DNA of 64,000 nt from a virus. Below are positions 1-10,084 of this stretch, piece after piece. The notes beneath the pieces are model-generated. The model did no database searches, had not been told where the DNA came from, and worked only from the letters and a program-made list of their open reading frames with translations. The stretch's first letter is position 1; every line of letters starts with the position of its first letter. A program made the translations under genes and the position numbers. Location of the stretch: positions 6,385 through 70,384 of IMG/VR virus record IMGVR_UViG_3300046012_000806; one strand, 5' to 3'.

Positions 1-268
1 TTGTGCCGTGCTCTTTCTGGTTTCCGGAACCATCAACCTGATTGACTAGCGGTTGAACGTCTATCACGCCGGGCGCGGCGACCTCGCCATTGCTGGTGAC
101 CTTCACGACCTTGACGAGCATTGTGGTGCGCGTGCGCCCTAGATGTTGATTTATCACGAATGAGTGTTGATTGTAACTTCCATTCGGGACGAGCGGCCCC
201 ATGTATCCCGCGCCGACAACGGCGCTCGTGCCGCCGCCCGCTGTTGGGTTGACTTGCGGCCCGCTCAT
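1..268 (-). CDS. Baseplate spike / Gp138-like protein, N-terminal part (runs off window)
   Basis: Not in ORF track. ATG at 268 overlaps the upstream stop; reads MSGPQV...TTMLVKVVKV...GVIDVQPLVNQVDG, typical of Gp138/gpV-like N-termini; follows the hub gene. Confidence 0.65.
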   Translation of the reverse strand, partial: MSGPQVNPTAGGGTSAVVGAGYMGPLVPNGSYNQHSFVINQHLGRTRTTMLVKVVKVTSNGEVAAPGVIDVQPLVNQVDGSGNQKEHGT

Positions 269-1161
269 CACGGAGCCAACGCAGGAATGACTGTACCAGC
301 ATTTGACGAATATGCGCTGACCCCGGTGAACCATTGGCCCTTCGGCGTTTCAGATTCCAGGTCCTGCGTCACGCCGCCAATCGTCCAATCGCCATTTGCG
401 CCGTCAATTTGGCTGCCTGTGACGGTCAGCAGTCCGCCGCTGACTATGTTGGGGTTGTATTCCGTTTGCACAATGATGCCTTGCTTAGTGAAAGCTGGAT
501 AACCAACCATGCCGGTCGTTGGAGATATAGTCACATGCTTCCCGGCGCGGAATTTGTCGCGTGGCCAGATCGCCAAAGTGTTGTTCTCGACAATGCCACC
601 TTCTGCCCCGGAGGCATTGATCGCTTCGTATATCTGAGTGCGCAATGTTCCGGAAAAATACGGGTTGGAAATTTGCGCATTAACGCCGTTGTTTTCAAAT
701 TTCATTGGCGGGTTGGCTTGCCCGGCTAGGTTGCTGAGGATGGTTGAAATAGCAACGCCGCCTGGATAGCTGGAAACGGGAATTGGCGTCGCCGCCGCCG
801 CCCCGGCCTCGTTGCCGATGACGCGGAAAGCGACTTGCGGTTGGGATTTGCCGTCGAGCCAGGCGTTGATTATGTTGCCCGAAAACACGGTTGAGAAGTT
901 CGAGTTCTCGTCGCGCACTTGCACCGTTACGACGTTGCTGGTCACATCTCTGACGTGCATTCCGAGAGTGCTCAGCTGATTCATCATCGCCAACGGCATG
1001 CCGTAAATCGTCGCCTCAAGGAGCGACATTGCCGCGCTTCCGGCGCGCACAATCTTGACGGAACACCGCAATCCTTCAAGCGTAACCCCGGCCCCGCCCC
1101 CGGCGAATGAACCGGTCGCAAGGCCGAAGCTGACATTGATGAAGCGCCGGACGAATGCCAC
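268..1161 (-). CDS. Baseplate hub-like protein
   Basis: 297 aa; position after tape measure and two small baseplate genes; ISPTTGMVGYP motif typical of myophage hub proteins. Confidence 0.6.
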   Translation of the reverse strand: MAFVRRFINVSFGLATGSFAGGGAGVTLEGLRCSVKIVRAGSAAMSLLEATIYGMPLAMMNQLSTLGMHVRDVTSNVVTVQVRDENSNFSTVFSGNIINAWLDGKSQPQVAFRVIGNEAGAAAATPIPVSSYPGGVAISTILSNLAGQANPPMKFENNGVNAQISNPYFSGTLRTQIYEAINASGAEGGIVENNTLAIWPRDKFRAGKHVTISPTTGMVGYPAFTKQGIIVQTEYNPNIVSGGLLTVTGSQIDGANGDWTIGGVTQDLESETPKGQWFTGVSAYSSNAGTVIPALAP

Positions 1162-1476
1162 TTAACCAACTCCTGGCGGCAGGTTGGAGGGTTCAAGGTA
1201 ATTAAGAAAGAACCGCGTCGCGATGCCGGAATAAGACGGGTCCGAGTTGCCCGTCACGTCCGTCCATGCGAAATCGCCTTGGAAGCCAAGATAAAGCGAT
1301 TGAACAATGCGCGCGCCGTTCAAGCATTGCACTCCGCCAATCACTAGCGTGTTATTGACCAACAAATCCATGAAAAGTCCATAGAACTTTTGGTAAACGC
1401 GGATCGTGCAAGCCTGGTTAAGGACATTCACATAAACCTGCTGCGCGGGCGTCGGTTGAAGCGGTACGATGAGCAT
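1162..1476 (-). CDS. Small baseplate protein
   Basis: 104 aa, starts IVPLQPTPAQQ, has FxGDF; synteny. Confidence 0.55.
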   Translation of the reverse strand: MLIVPLQPTPAQQVYVNVLNQACTIRVYQKFYGLFMDLLVNNTLVIGGVQCLNGARIVQSLYLGFQGDFAWTDVTGNSDPSYSGIATRFFLNYLEPSNLPPGVG

Positions 1477-2198
1477 CAGTTTGCTCTCGGATGAATGGTC
1501 AATGGCCGCACGCCTTCAAATCCCGTAGCATTAGGGTCAGGGTCCGGAATGAAGTCCGGAACCTGAAACTCGGCAGCGTGTTCCTGTAAAATCTGCGGCG
1601 TGAGCGGCTGAACCGTTCCCCCGGCCACAGGATTGGCCCCGCTGGGCGCGACGGTGCTGCCAGGCGCGTTCTGGTCCGTTGGGGTGAAGGCGGACGTGCC
1701 GCCCGTCGTCGTGGTCGTGAGCGCCGCCCCGACCGGGCGCACCTGCTCAAGCCAAACGTCGATCTTCAAAAGCCCGAGGCTCTTGGCCGCCGCCCGGTTG
1801 AAATCCTGGTGCACCACATTCATGTCAGTCCAAGATTTTTCCGGCGTGGCGACGGAGAACAGTTCTGTCGTGGCGATTATCGCATCAATGGATGCAATCA
1901 TTGCTGCCTTGTCTTCCGACGATCCGCCCGTCGTGAACTGAATGCGAACCGTCGTCGGAAGCTCCACCTTATTGTAACTGGCGAATGCGCCTTGCTCAAT
2001 CGGAAAATCGCTGATGTCGTAATCTTTGCGAAATTCAAATGTCGTTACCGTGTCGCAAACCACGACGGGAACCGCGCCCCGGTAAATCCCCCACAGCGGG
2101 TCCGCCCCGTCAAGAGACGTGACCGCATCCTGCAGAAGCAGGCCGAACTGTTCCGGGACAAACCCCGGAATTACGGGAAGGCCTGGCAGCAGCGCCAT
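1476..2198 (-). CDS. Baseplate / tail tube initiator-like protein
   Basis: ISDFPIEQGAFASYNKV motif; directly after tape measure. Confidence 0.6.
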   Translation of the reverse strand: MALLPGLPVIPGFVPEQFGLLLQDAVTSLDGADPLWGIYRGAVPVVVCDTVTTFEFRKDYDISDFPIEQGAFASYNKVELPTTVRIQFTTGGSSEDKAAMIASIDAIIATTELFSVATPEKSWTDMNVVHQDFNRAAAKSLGLLKIDVWLEQVRPVGAALTTTTTGGTSAFTPTDQNAPGSTVAPSGANPVAGGTVQPLTPQILQEHAAEFQVPDFIPDPDPNATGFEGVRPLTIHPRAN

Positions 2199-4102
2199 TA
2201 ATCAATCCCCGTGTTGGCGTGCACGGCGAAGGTGTTGGCTTGAATTGCTGGCCCGATGTCAGAAACCAACTGTTCGGGGTTGTTAGCTGTCGAGTGAACA
2301 TGCAACGCGCCGATGCTCACATTGCTGTGGCTTTCGTTATGCGTTTGCGGTCCGCCGCCCGCCCCAGCCCCCGGCGCGAGCGCGCCAGGATGGATCGGCA
2401 AGTCAGGGAGGGAAGCGCCCCCGGCCTTGCCACGCGGCGCATAGGGGCCGTTGGGAATGCGCGGGTTGAAGCTGAAGCGATTGCCGCCGACAACGCTGGC
2501 GTTGGGGTGATTTTGGTACCAAGGTCCATGATAAAAGGAGGCGCGATATTCATTCGAACCGCCAGTGTTGTCCGGTTCGGAGCCAGAGGCAATCGCCCGT
2601 ATGCGCGAGCGAATGTATGCGGCGCGTTGCGCGCTGGCGCGCTGATATCCCGTGTATTGTCCGGGCGCATAAGCGACCGCGTGAAGATCGCCGCTCGCGC
2701 CCCACCCGTGCGAGCCGACGCGATTGAGCATGTTGTTGATGACAGCGTCCGTGCTTTGTTGCGTGTTGCGCGCCTCCCCGGCAATCTTGTTGACGGTGGC
2801 GTCGCTGAGATCGTCAGGTGTCAGATTGTAACTCGGACGGTACGTTCCGGGCGCGGCAGAAGGGCCTGTGGTCGGGGGTGTGCCTTCAAATGAGCGGTGC
2901 GCTTTATCCAAATTCCCGAACGGCGACGCATTTGACGGGAACAAGTCATTCCACAGGTCTTTGGCTTTTCCCCACAAACCATTTTCCGCCTTCGCGTGCG
3001 GATCGTATCCTGGGGCGCTGGGGTGCGGCAATTTATCAAAAAGCGCCGTCATGCCGCCGCCAAGCGTGTCGTGAATTATTTTTGCCGAAGCAGCTATCCC
3101 AGCCAGCACGGCGGCAAACGCTCCAAGTTTGGAAGTCATCGCGATGAAGCCGAGCAGCCCGGCCGTGGCCCCGGCAAATGTTGACGCGGCCAGGTTCACG
3201 GTCAACGCAACGCCGAGCGCCGTGACCGCAGCCGCCAATGTCCCCATCACTATCGCAGCAGCTTCCGGATGAGCGTCTATGATCTTGCGAATGCCGTCAG
3301 CGACCGCTATGATCGCCGGCGTGAACGCGGTCAGCACGGTCCGACCAAGACGCTCAAGCGACAGCGCCAATCTTTCAAACACAAACGTGCGCTGGCCAGA
3401 CGCTTCTATGTCCTTTTGCGTCGCGGCGTATTCCTTCGCGACCTTCAGATATTCCTCCAACGCTTTGCCGCCGCGCTCAAACAACGGTATCAAGTCAGGC
3501 GCGATGCCGAGGTTTTGAAGCCAATATGTTGCTTGCGCCGGGTCGCCGCCCTTTTGAATCATGATGCGGGAGGCTTCCGCGATGTTCTTAAGCTCCTCAA
3601 GGACGGTCTTGCCGCGCGTGTGAACAAGGTCTATCCCGGAAGCGTTGCCGAGCGAGCGTAGCCATGGGATGACGGCCGTGCTGCCGGTCGCGTCAAGCTC
3701 CTCCATAGACAGCGTCAACGACCTGATTGCGCCGTCAATGTTGGCGGCGGACGCGCCGGCAAGCCGCGCCGCGCCTTCCCACTCCGAGATATTCTTCGGG
3801 GCCAACCCTAGACTAGCGGAAAAGCGCCCGAGGGCGCTGTCCGCTTGCGTCATGCCCTCCACAAACTCCTTGATTCCCCTGCCGCCAGTGAACACGGCAA
3901 ACAGAGCTAGCGCTTGATTGCGGATTTTATTGATTGCATCGGCCGCGCTGTTGCCGGACTTTTCAATGTCATCGCCGGTCTTCTTGGCTGATTCACGCGT
4001 CTTTTTCAACGACGAATCAACTTCGTCGCTGTGCTTCTTCAAGGCGTCGGTGTCGAACCCGAGCTTAACTATGAATGTGTCAAGGATTGTTGCCCCGGCC
4101 AT
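2198..4102 (-). CDS. Tape measure protein with C-terminal SleB/Hydrolase_2-like cell wall hydrolase domain
   Basis: Helical Ala-rich N-terminus (ILDTFIVKLGFD), hydrophobic stretches, then IAGEARN..NRV..PGQY..DNTGGSNEY..GGNRF. Confidence 0.8.
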   Translation of the reverse strand: MAGATILDTFIVKLGFDTDALKKHSDEVDSSLKKTRESAKKTGDDIEKSGNSAADAINKIRNQALALFAVFTGGRGIKEFVEGMTQADSALGRFSASLGLAPKNISEWEGAARLAGASAANIDGAIRSLTLSMEELDATGSTAVIPWLRSLGNASGIDLVHTRGKTVLEELKNIAEASRIMIQKGGDPAQATYWLQNLGIAPDLIPLFERGGKALEEYLKVAKEYAATQKDIEASGQRTFVFERLALSLERLGRTVLTAFTPAIIAVADGIRKIIDAHPEAAAIVMGTLAAAVTALGVALTVNLAASTFAGATAGLLGFIAMTSKLGAFAAVLAGIAASAKIIHDTLGGGMTALFDKLPHPSAPGYDPHAKAENGLWGKAKDLWNDLFPSNASPFGNLDKAHRSFEGTPPTTGPSAAPGTYRPSYNLTPDDLSDATVNKIAGEARNTQQSTDAVINNMLNRVGSHGWGASGDLHAVAYAPGQYTGYQRASAQRAAYIRSRIRAIASGSEPDNTGGSNEYRASFYHGPWYQNHPNASVVGGNRFSFNPRIPNGPYAPRGKAGGASLPDLPIHPGALAPGAGAGGGPQTHNESHSNVSIGALHVHSTANNPEQLVSDIGPAIQANTFAVHANTGID

Positions 4103-4347
4103 CAGCGCGTCTTCTCTCTGCTTTTGCTGAGAAGATATTCGTTGTTGTCGTTGATGATAGAAATCTCCAGAATATCGTACAAGTCCTCAACCCCGTAAAC
4201 GGAATCAAGCTCCGCCAGCGTCGCCAAGCCGGAAGAAGCGGCGCGACCAATTGTTGGCGGAATATTGGGGTAAGGCCGCAATGTGACTAGGCCGCTTGCG
4301 CCGACGCTGAAGTCCGTTTCGACTCTAGATCGGCCAATAAAAAACCC
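4102..4347 (-). CDS. -1 frameshift extension of tail assembly chaperone (gpT-like)
   Basis: In-frame slippery G-GGT-TTT at 4347-4341. The -1 frame is open to a TGA at 4104-4102 that overlaps the TMP ATG and encodes ...LATLAELDSVYGVEDLYDILEI... Confidence 0.8.
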   Translation of the reverse strand, partial: GFFIGRSRVETDFSVGASGLVTLRPYPNIPPTIGRAASSGLATLAELDSVYGVEDLYDILEISIINDNNEYLLSKSREKTR

Positions 4348-4736
4348 GCGTGGAGCATGAATACCTCCTCGCGCAGCTTGTAGCGCGTCGCCACTTCGTC
4401 AATGTCGCCGTCGTCGCCCTCAATGATTGGGCGCGTGCGGTCCGGCTTGGACGGGTCGGGGACGAACGAGACGCAAGTGAACATCTCGTCAAACAGCGGC
4501 TCCACCGCCTCATAAGGCAAATTGGCCATGGCCCGCAGGCCAAGCGTCGCGAGCGCGCCCATGCCCATGTTCTTGATTTCGTCAAAATCAACGATCGGCA
4601 TTCCGGAATTCGCCAAGGCGACCAAGGCGCGATTTGCCCAGCGCTCCGCCTTCAGCGACGACATCTCCTTGATGAAGAATGCCTTGCCTTTGTCGCGGCC
4701 GTTTGCCTCGACGATAAAAATTTTGGTTTTACGCAT
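4287..4736 (-). CDS. Tail assembly chaperone (gpG-like)
   Basis: Between tube and TMP; GRDKGKxFxI motif; frameshift site near the 3' end. Confidence 0.75.
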   Translation of the reverse strand: MRKTKIFIVEANGRDKGKAFFIKEMSSLKAERWANRALVALANSGMPIVDFDEIKNMGMGALATLGLRAMANLPYEAVEPLFDEMFTCVSFVPDPSKPDRTRPIIEGDDGDIDEVATRYKLREEVFMLHAGFLLADLESKRTSASAQAA

Positions 4737-4763
4737 CTCAAGGCTCTCTCTTTCCTTGGGGGC

Positions 4764-5198
4764 TCAGACGATCGGGCTGGGCGTCAGGCTCTCCCAAACG
4801 ATGTTAAACTTGCGCGCCTGCAGGGTCTTCTTGGCCCCGGAGATCGGTGGATATTTGGTCAAAAAACCTTTGGTAAGAGTGTACTTGATGAGGAGCGAAG
4901 GAAGCGTGATGACGCCATTGGCGACCAGCACATCCTGACTGACCTGCATGGCCCCCCACCACTGGTCAAAGATGGGGATCGACGGGCTGTCCGCCATGAG
5001 GCTGAACCCCTGGGAGATCGGGTTGTTGACCTTGCCCCCAGACAGTTTGCCGTCAACGCCCATCGCCGTCTCGACGACATCAAGCGTGTCCGTATCAAAG
5101 ATGTCGTCCGCAGCGAACGCTTGAAGCTGCTGCGGCGTGTTGAACAGACCAGTCACGGCAATCGTGATGATCGCATTCGCACTTGTGATCGATGCCAT
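4764..5198 (-). CDS. Tail tube protein
   Basis: 144 aa directly after sheath; MGVDGKLSGG and ADSPS motifs. Confidence 0.75.
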   Translation of the reverse strand: MASITSANAIITIAVTGLFNTPQQLQAFAADDIFDTDTLDVVETAMGVDGKLSGGKVNNPISQGFSLMADSPSIPIFDQWWGAMQVSQDVLVANGVITLPSLLIKYTLTKGFLTKYPPISGAKKTLQARKFNIVWESLTPSPIV

Positions 5199-5220
5199 AA
5201 TTTATGCGATCCTTTCTGAA

Positions 5221-6945
5221 TTACTGGACCAGGATAGAAGCGAGGGTGATCTTCTGGATGCTCTGCCCGTCACAGTACCACAAGTTGCACGGGGGCGACC
5301 CGCGCGCCTGGCGAACCGACGGCGAAGCATCAAGCACCTGCAGGTAATACCCCTGCAGCGACAAAATTGGCGCGATGTTTGCGCCCGCCGCCGCGTTCAC
5401 TTCCGCGACCTGCGCCGCCGACAACGTGACGCCCGGACGGTAGATGCCGAACGTGCCGGCCTGAATAATCGGGTCAGCGAGCGCCGCTTCAACCAAAGAG
5501 TAGCCAGCGCGATTATACGGAATGCTCTTGGCATTGCCGAACAGGACCATCAACGCCAGTTGCAGCGCGTTGTTGAACCAGATTTCGTCAATGTACGAAT
5601 CCATCCACTGGAACTGGCCGGAAACCTGTCCGGTGTAAATCCACACGAACTGATCATTGGCCGTCGCATACGCGCCATAGAAGTTGTAACCGTTGGCGAT
5701 CAGGTTGGACGCCACCAGAACATTGGTCACGTCGGCCACCAATCCGTCCTGAGCGCGGAAGGCGAAGGTTGTGCGGCCGTTGCGCGCGTTGAAGTCGATT
5801 GATGCCGCGATCCCGCAAACGAACGCCGCCTTCTGGTATGTCGGGCACCACTGCAGCCAGGTGCCGTCGTATGCTGCCTGCGCGATGAGGTATCCGAGCG
5901 ATTGTGTTGCGGGCACTTGCGTCGTCGGGCTGGCGTCCGCATCCCAGCAGACGTAAGCATAACGATCCAGCTGCGCGCTTGTCCACGCGGCGAACGCCAG
6001 TTTGTTCGTGTTGCCGGAATTGTCCGGGTTGAATATCGTCATGAACGTCGCCCAGTTCTGGATGGTCTGAACGATCATGTCCATGAACGGGCCGGGCGTT
6101 GTGGCCGCCGCGCCTTGCGAGAGGACAGCGCCGGTGGCGCTCGTCAATTTGAGAGATGCGGCCAGCGTGCCGGTGGCGAAGGCGGACGTGGACACGACGC
6201 CCGTGATCCCGGAAGTAAACACGAACGCGCTGCTGACAGAATCATAAGTCACGACGACTGGCGTGGCAGAAGCTGTGATCAATTCGCCGCTGCCGACAGT
6301 GGACGATGCGCTGAGGTTGTACGTCCCCACGCCGCCCGTGCCGGTGCCGAGAGAAATGATCGTCGTGCCGACGGTGACATCGGTTCCGGAGATCGTCTGG
6401 CCGACCTGAAACGTGCCCGAACCGCCGAGCGTACCTGCGACGGTGAGGACCGTGCCGGCAATGGTTCCGGCCGAGCACGTCGCCTGTGACGGGTTGGTCA
6501 ATGCGGCCTGGATCGCGGCGGCCATGGCCGATTGGCTATTGTCGGTGGAAAGATCGATGCTCGCGATGACGTGCGCGTAACCGTCCATCGTGATGGTGAG
6601 CGATCCGCTCAACCCCTGCAGCGTGGCGAGGGAAACCCCGGCCAGCGACCCGCCGCGCAGATAAGCCGCGACAGCCGCCGCAGGGTATTGCACGAACAGA
6701 ACCGAGTCCGGCTTCACGGTTGAATTGTTGAAGCCGAGGAAATAAGTCTGCGCGGCGAAGTATTCATCCGACGACAAGCCGAAATAATTGCCGACCGCCA
6801 GTGCCGTTGTGAACGCCTGCACAACGCCATACGGAACGCGGCTGCTGGTCGTCAGGATGAGAGCCTGGAGATCAAGCGCCGAACCCCCAGCACTGAGGAC
6901 AGACGGAACGACGCGGACGATTTCTGAAGCGGGAATTGTGCTCAC
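5221..6945 (-). CDS. Tail sheath protein (DUF3383-like) with inserted beta-rich module
   Basis: MSTIPASEIVRVVPSVL start, NFYGxY, IPYNxxG, C-terminal YxDGxSIQKI. Confidence 0.85.
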   Translation of the reverse strand: MSTIPASEIVRVVPSVLSAGGSALDLQALILTTSSRVPYGVVQAFTTALAVGNYFGLSSDEYFAAQTYFLGFNNSTVKPDSVLFVQYPAAAVAAYLRGGSLAGVSLATLQGLSGSLTITMDGYAHVIASIDLSTDNSQSAMAAAIQAALTNPSQATCSAGTIAGTVLTVAGTLGGSGTFQVGQTISGTDVTVGTTIISLGTGTGGVGTYNLSASSTVGSGELITASATPVVVTYDSVSSAFVFTSGITGVVSTSAFATGTLAASLKLTSATGAVLSQGAAATTPGPFMDMIVQTIQNWATFMTIFNPDNSGNTNKLAFAAWTSAQLDRYAYVCWDADASPTTQVPATQSLGYLIAQAAYDGTWLQWCPTYQKAAFVCGIAASIDFNARNGRTTFAFRAQDGLVADVTNVLVASNLIANGYNFYGAYATANDQFVWIYTGQVSGQFQWMDSYIDEIWFNNALQLALMVLFGNAKSIPYNRAGYSLVEAALADPIIQAGTFGIYRPGVTLSAAQVAEVNAAAGANIAPILSLQGYYLQVLDASPSVRQARGSPPCNLWYCDGQSIQKITLASILVQ

Positions 6946-6962
6946 GATCTGGGTTCCTTCTC

Positions 6963-7688
6963 TTACAAGGGATAGGTTGTGTCAACCTCAATCAGCCCAA
7001 CACGGACCGTTGACATGAACTGCATCGGGACGATGATGCTTTGGTTGGCCTGCACCACGGCTTCAACAACCCAGCGATTTTCTGCCTGCTGTTCCGCGTT
7101 CATGAACGGCATCTGGCGCGGATCGTCAGCATGCAACGGGTACACGCCGGCCTGGGCTTGCGCAAAATAGCTCGTCGCGTATTCGTCCCGGAACAACGTG
7201 GACAGGATCTGTGCTTTTTCAGCGGACGCCGGCCCGTGCACGTCGCATTGAAATGTAACCTTCGTCGGCTGCAGGAGCATCTCCGCTCCGGACGCCATCA
7301 ATTCATTCGCCAAGGTCTGTGCAACGCTGACGACGTAAGTGCCGGCCCCGCCAGGCGAACCGGAGGTTTGCGAATTGATGATCGTATTGGCCGCTACGTT
7401 CACCCCGAACAGCGTTCGTCCGACCAAGATCGTTCCGAACGTGACGGAAGCCACCTGCAACTCTGTCCCGTCAATGGCCGCCGTGAATAGGCAATCAGCA
7501 TACGTGTCCGCGTTGGTCGAGATGCGCTCGCGACGTATTGGCGTGTAGACAATGAAGTCCTGATTTGAAGGCTCAGGCACGCGGTTCGTCTGACCGATGA
7601 ACACGCTGCCACCAAGATCAGTTATGCTGGCGATGAAGTCGCCAACAACCTTTTGCGTCTGGTCCTGGGTCAAGTCGAGGTAAATCAT
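6963..7688 (-). CDS. Tail completion/neck protein with inserted beta-rich module
   Basis: Start reassigned to ATG 7688 (ATGA overlap); GQxNRVPEP, QCDVHGP, PLHADDPRQ motifs. Confidence 0.65.
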   Translation of the reverse strand: MIYLDLTQDQTQKVVGDFIASITDLGGSVFIGQTNRVPEPSNQDFIVYTPIRRERISTNADTYADCLFTAAIDGTELQVASVTFGTILVGRTLFGVNVAANTIINSQTSGSPGGAGTYVVSVAQTLANELMASGAEMLLQPTKVTFQCDVHGPASAEKAQILSTLFRDEYATSYFAQAQAGVYPLHADDPRQMPFMNAEQQAENRWVVEAVVQANQSIIVPMQFMSTVRVGLIEVDTTYPL

Positions 7689-8059
7689 GACCCGTCCTGG
7701 AGCGTGACGGCCGCACAGCACCAATCCGGCCAATACTCAAGCACCAGTGTGACCAGATAAACCCTGCCGTCCGGAAAGGTGATCAAGTCGCCGCCCTTGT
7801 TTTCGTTCCTGATCAAACCGTCAACCCGCCCATTGATATAGACCTTTTGTTTGACGCCTTGAATGTTCAGCGCGTCAAGCTGGCGAATGTCGTCATATTG
7901 AAGCGCCTGGATTTGGCCCCGCACGACGACCGGCGCGGCGAACGCCGGAACGCGATTGCGGTTGGCGTCCAGCGTTGAGCCGGTGGAAACCTGAATTGAT
8001 ATATTCACGTCCGGATTGACGGCAGACACCGCGCCACGAACGATTTGATGAAGGTTCAT
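7685..8059 (-). CDS. Head closure / head-tail adaptor
   Basis: MNLHxIV start, GGDLI, VLEYWPDWC; synteny. Confidence 0.65.
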   Translation of the reverse strand: MNLHQIVRGAVSAVNPDVNISIQVSTGSTLDANRNRVPAFAAPVVVRGQIQALQYDDIRQLDALNIQGVKQKVYINGRVDGLIRNENKGGDLITFPDGRVYLVTLVLEYWPDWCCAAVTLQDGS

Positions 8060-8685
8060 GCGCCGAAGGACGCCGAATTAATCGCGCCGGTATTTGCTCC
8101 CGCGCTAGACGTGACCAACATGGTCAGCTCAATCAATATGTGCTGCCCAGGCTGCAACCCGCTTCCAGTGACCATGAATGTCAAGGAAGAGGCCGTGACA
8201 GGAGCAATCATCTGCGCCGCAGAAACGGTAAGCGCCGCTTCAACGCCATCCGTCTCGGTGTAAGCATCAACGGTCAACGTGGTGTCGGCATCCGTCAACG
8301 TGCCGTCGCCCGTAACGACCGCGTTGATGACGACAGGAATGTCAGCCCCAGGAATATATGTGCCCGGTAAGTCAAACTCCCACAACGCCTTATCCGTGGC
8401 AGCGTCACCAGACGTTGTTTCGCCAACAAGCTGCAGCGAGGCTCCTGGCGTCCGCGCGACGCCCATCGCGCCATCAGCGGCCGTTGCGCCGAGAGGAATG
8501 CCGGCGTCACTTTTCGCATCAGTGAGTGCTAGGAAACGCGGTTGTGGCGATGCAGAGCCTGGAACAAAGGCTTGAGCCACGCCAACGGGTGCGTTAGCGT
8601 TACCGGGCGTGGCGACGGTGGAAATATAGAGCGTGCCGCCTGGCACTTCCTGCGAAGTCGTGGTGACGTATGGCTGCGGCGTCAT
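8056..8685 (-). CDS. Putative virion structural protein
   Basis: Thr/Ala/Gly-rich beta-type sequence within the neck genes. Confidence 0.45.
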   Translation of the reverse strand: MTPQPYVTTTSQEVPGGTLYISTVATPGNANAPVGVAQAFVPGSASPQPRFLALTDAKSDAGIPLGATAADGAMGVARTPGASLQLVGETTSGDAATDKALWEFDLPGTYIPGADIPVVINAVVTGDGTLTDADTTLTVDAYTETDGVEAALTVSAAQMIAPVTASSLTFMVTGSGLQPGQHILIELTMLVTSSAGANTGAINSASFGA

Positions 8686-8691
8686 TTCTGT

Positions 8692-9141
8692 TCACTCCTT
8701 GTTGACTTGGAAGTCAACGCTATTGATCATCACCGAAGTATCTATCAGCGGCTTGCTGAAGCCCTTACGGGCGATTGTCGCCGGGGCGAGCGGCGGATCA
8801 TTGGTGTCAACAATTGACTGGCGAAGTTGTCCGGCGATTGCCGCGCCGACTTGGGCCAACGTCTTGTCTGCGTCATAATCATTGGCCTTAAAGTTCGCCG
8901 CAATTGCGGCTGGCCATTCGCTCTGCTTCTCCGCCACCATGTTACGGAAAAACGGACGCGGCGGAATGCCCACGGCCGGCGCACCAAAATCCTGAATGGC
9001 CGCAACTGTCGCCACGTGCGTGCCGTCGGGGTAAGTGGCCTTCGGCAGGAAGCCAACGTCAACGGTTTTGGCGTTTGTGGCGCCCACCGCGAACTTTTTG
9101 AGAAGCTTTGTGAGCGCCTCTCCGCCGGTCACCGAAGCCAT
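8692..9141 (-). CDS. Neck protein (HK97 gp10 / Mu gpG-like)
   Basis: IPPRPFFR and PPLAPATIARKGFSKPLIDT motifs. Confidence 0.7.
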   Translation of the reverse strand: MASVTGGEALTKLLKKFAVGATNAKTVDVGFLPKATYPDGTHVATVAAIQDFGAPAVGIPPRPFFRNMVAEKQSEWPAAIAANFKANDYDADKTLAQVGAAIAGQLRQSIVDTNDPPLAPATIARKGFSKPLIDTSVMINSVDFQVNKE

Positions 9142-9584
9142 GGAAAGGCCCCGAAGACTGATCCGATTGGATTTTGGCGCAATGGCCCAGCGACATAAAA
9201 TCCGGTCCGGAATGCCAGCGTTGCCGCGTAAACGGCCGCGCCATATTTTGTCTGGTTCCAGAATGCCTGAACATTGGTTTTCGCGGCAATGAAATCAAAG
9301 GAAGCGTTGACGCTCCCTTCCCCAGCCGAAGCGATCCGGCCGGGCGGTTGCAATGGGCTCGGGACGACGCTCCCGAACGTCGCGAACAGCGCCGCCATAT
9401 GGGCGGTGCCCATATAGAGGATCCATTTGCGCTGCGTCAAATCGCAGAAAGGTGACGTGGCAAGGTTGTCGATGAACAGCGTCGTCCGAAAGAACATGTC
9501 TTTCGCCGATTGCTCGGTGATTCCTCCGAACTCCGGATAAGCAAGAAGCCATTCGGTGAAATCGAACGTGACAACCCCGGCCAT
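9129..9584 (-). CDS. Head-tail connector (DUF4054-like)
   Basis: YPEF, AH, GRIASAGEGSV, QTKYG motifs. Confidence 0.75.
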   Translation of the reverse strand: MAGVVTFDFTEWLLAYPEFGGITEQSAKDMFFRTTLFIDNLATSPFCDLTQRKWILYMGTAHMAALFATFGSVVPSPLQPPGRIASAGEGSVNASFDFIAAKTNVQAFWNQTKYGAAVYAATLAFRTGFYVAGPLRQNPIGSVFGAFPWLR

Positions 9585-10051
9585 CAGTTGCGCGCCGTTT
9601 CGATCTTTGAGGACATATTGCCCAAGCGCTTGCCGATGTTCTCGGGATCAATGCGCTCAAGGCCGGTCTGAACGCCTTCGTGCTCTTTTGCGCTGCCGGT
9701 GATCTTTTGCTCATTTTCATAAGCGAAGATCATCTTGTTGACGACGTAAGGAGCCTTCTCATTTTGCTTCAGCCAAAGGTCCCAGTGGTCCTTCGGGATG
9801 CCGCGCGTCAACGCGAAGCCGTGCTCGATCTGGCAATGGGGAGCCTTGTCCTGCTCAAATGCATTGCCGTTGACCACATAGACTTCTTCGCGCGGGGCCA
9901 TTGATTGAATTTCCCGGTGACCACCACCTGGAACAGGCATCAGCTGCGGCATCTTATCAAAGACGCGCAGCTGAAGTCCGTGGGGAAGTTTGCAAGCGAC
10001 AGTGACGGTGGCCGTGCCTGTCGCGGGCGCGCTGGCCTGATTTGCTGCCAT
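9584..10051 (-). CDS. Virion-associated protein downstream of the capsid gene
   Basis: VACKLPHGL and TGLE motifs; synteny. Confidence 0.55.
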   Translation of the reverse strand: MAANQASAPATGTATVTVACKLPHGLQLRVFDKMPQLMPVPGGGHREIQSMAPREEVYVVNGNAFEQDKAPHCQIEHGFALTRGIPKDHWDLWLKQNEKAPYVVNKMIFAYENEQKITGSAKEHEGVQTGLERIDPENIGKRLGNMSSKIETARN

Positions 10052-10084
10052 GGTAAATCTCTCTCTTCTGTTCGGGTCTTGCGG

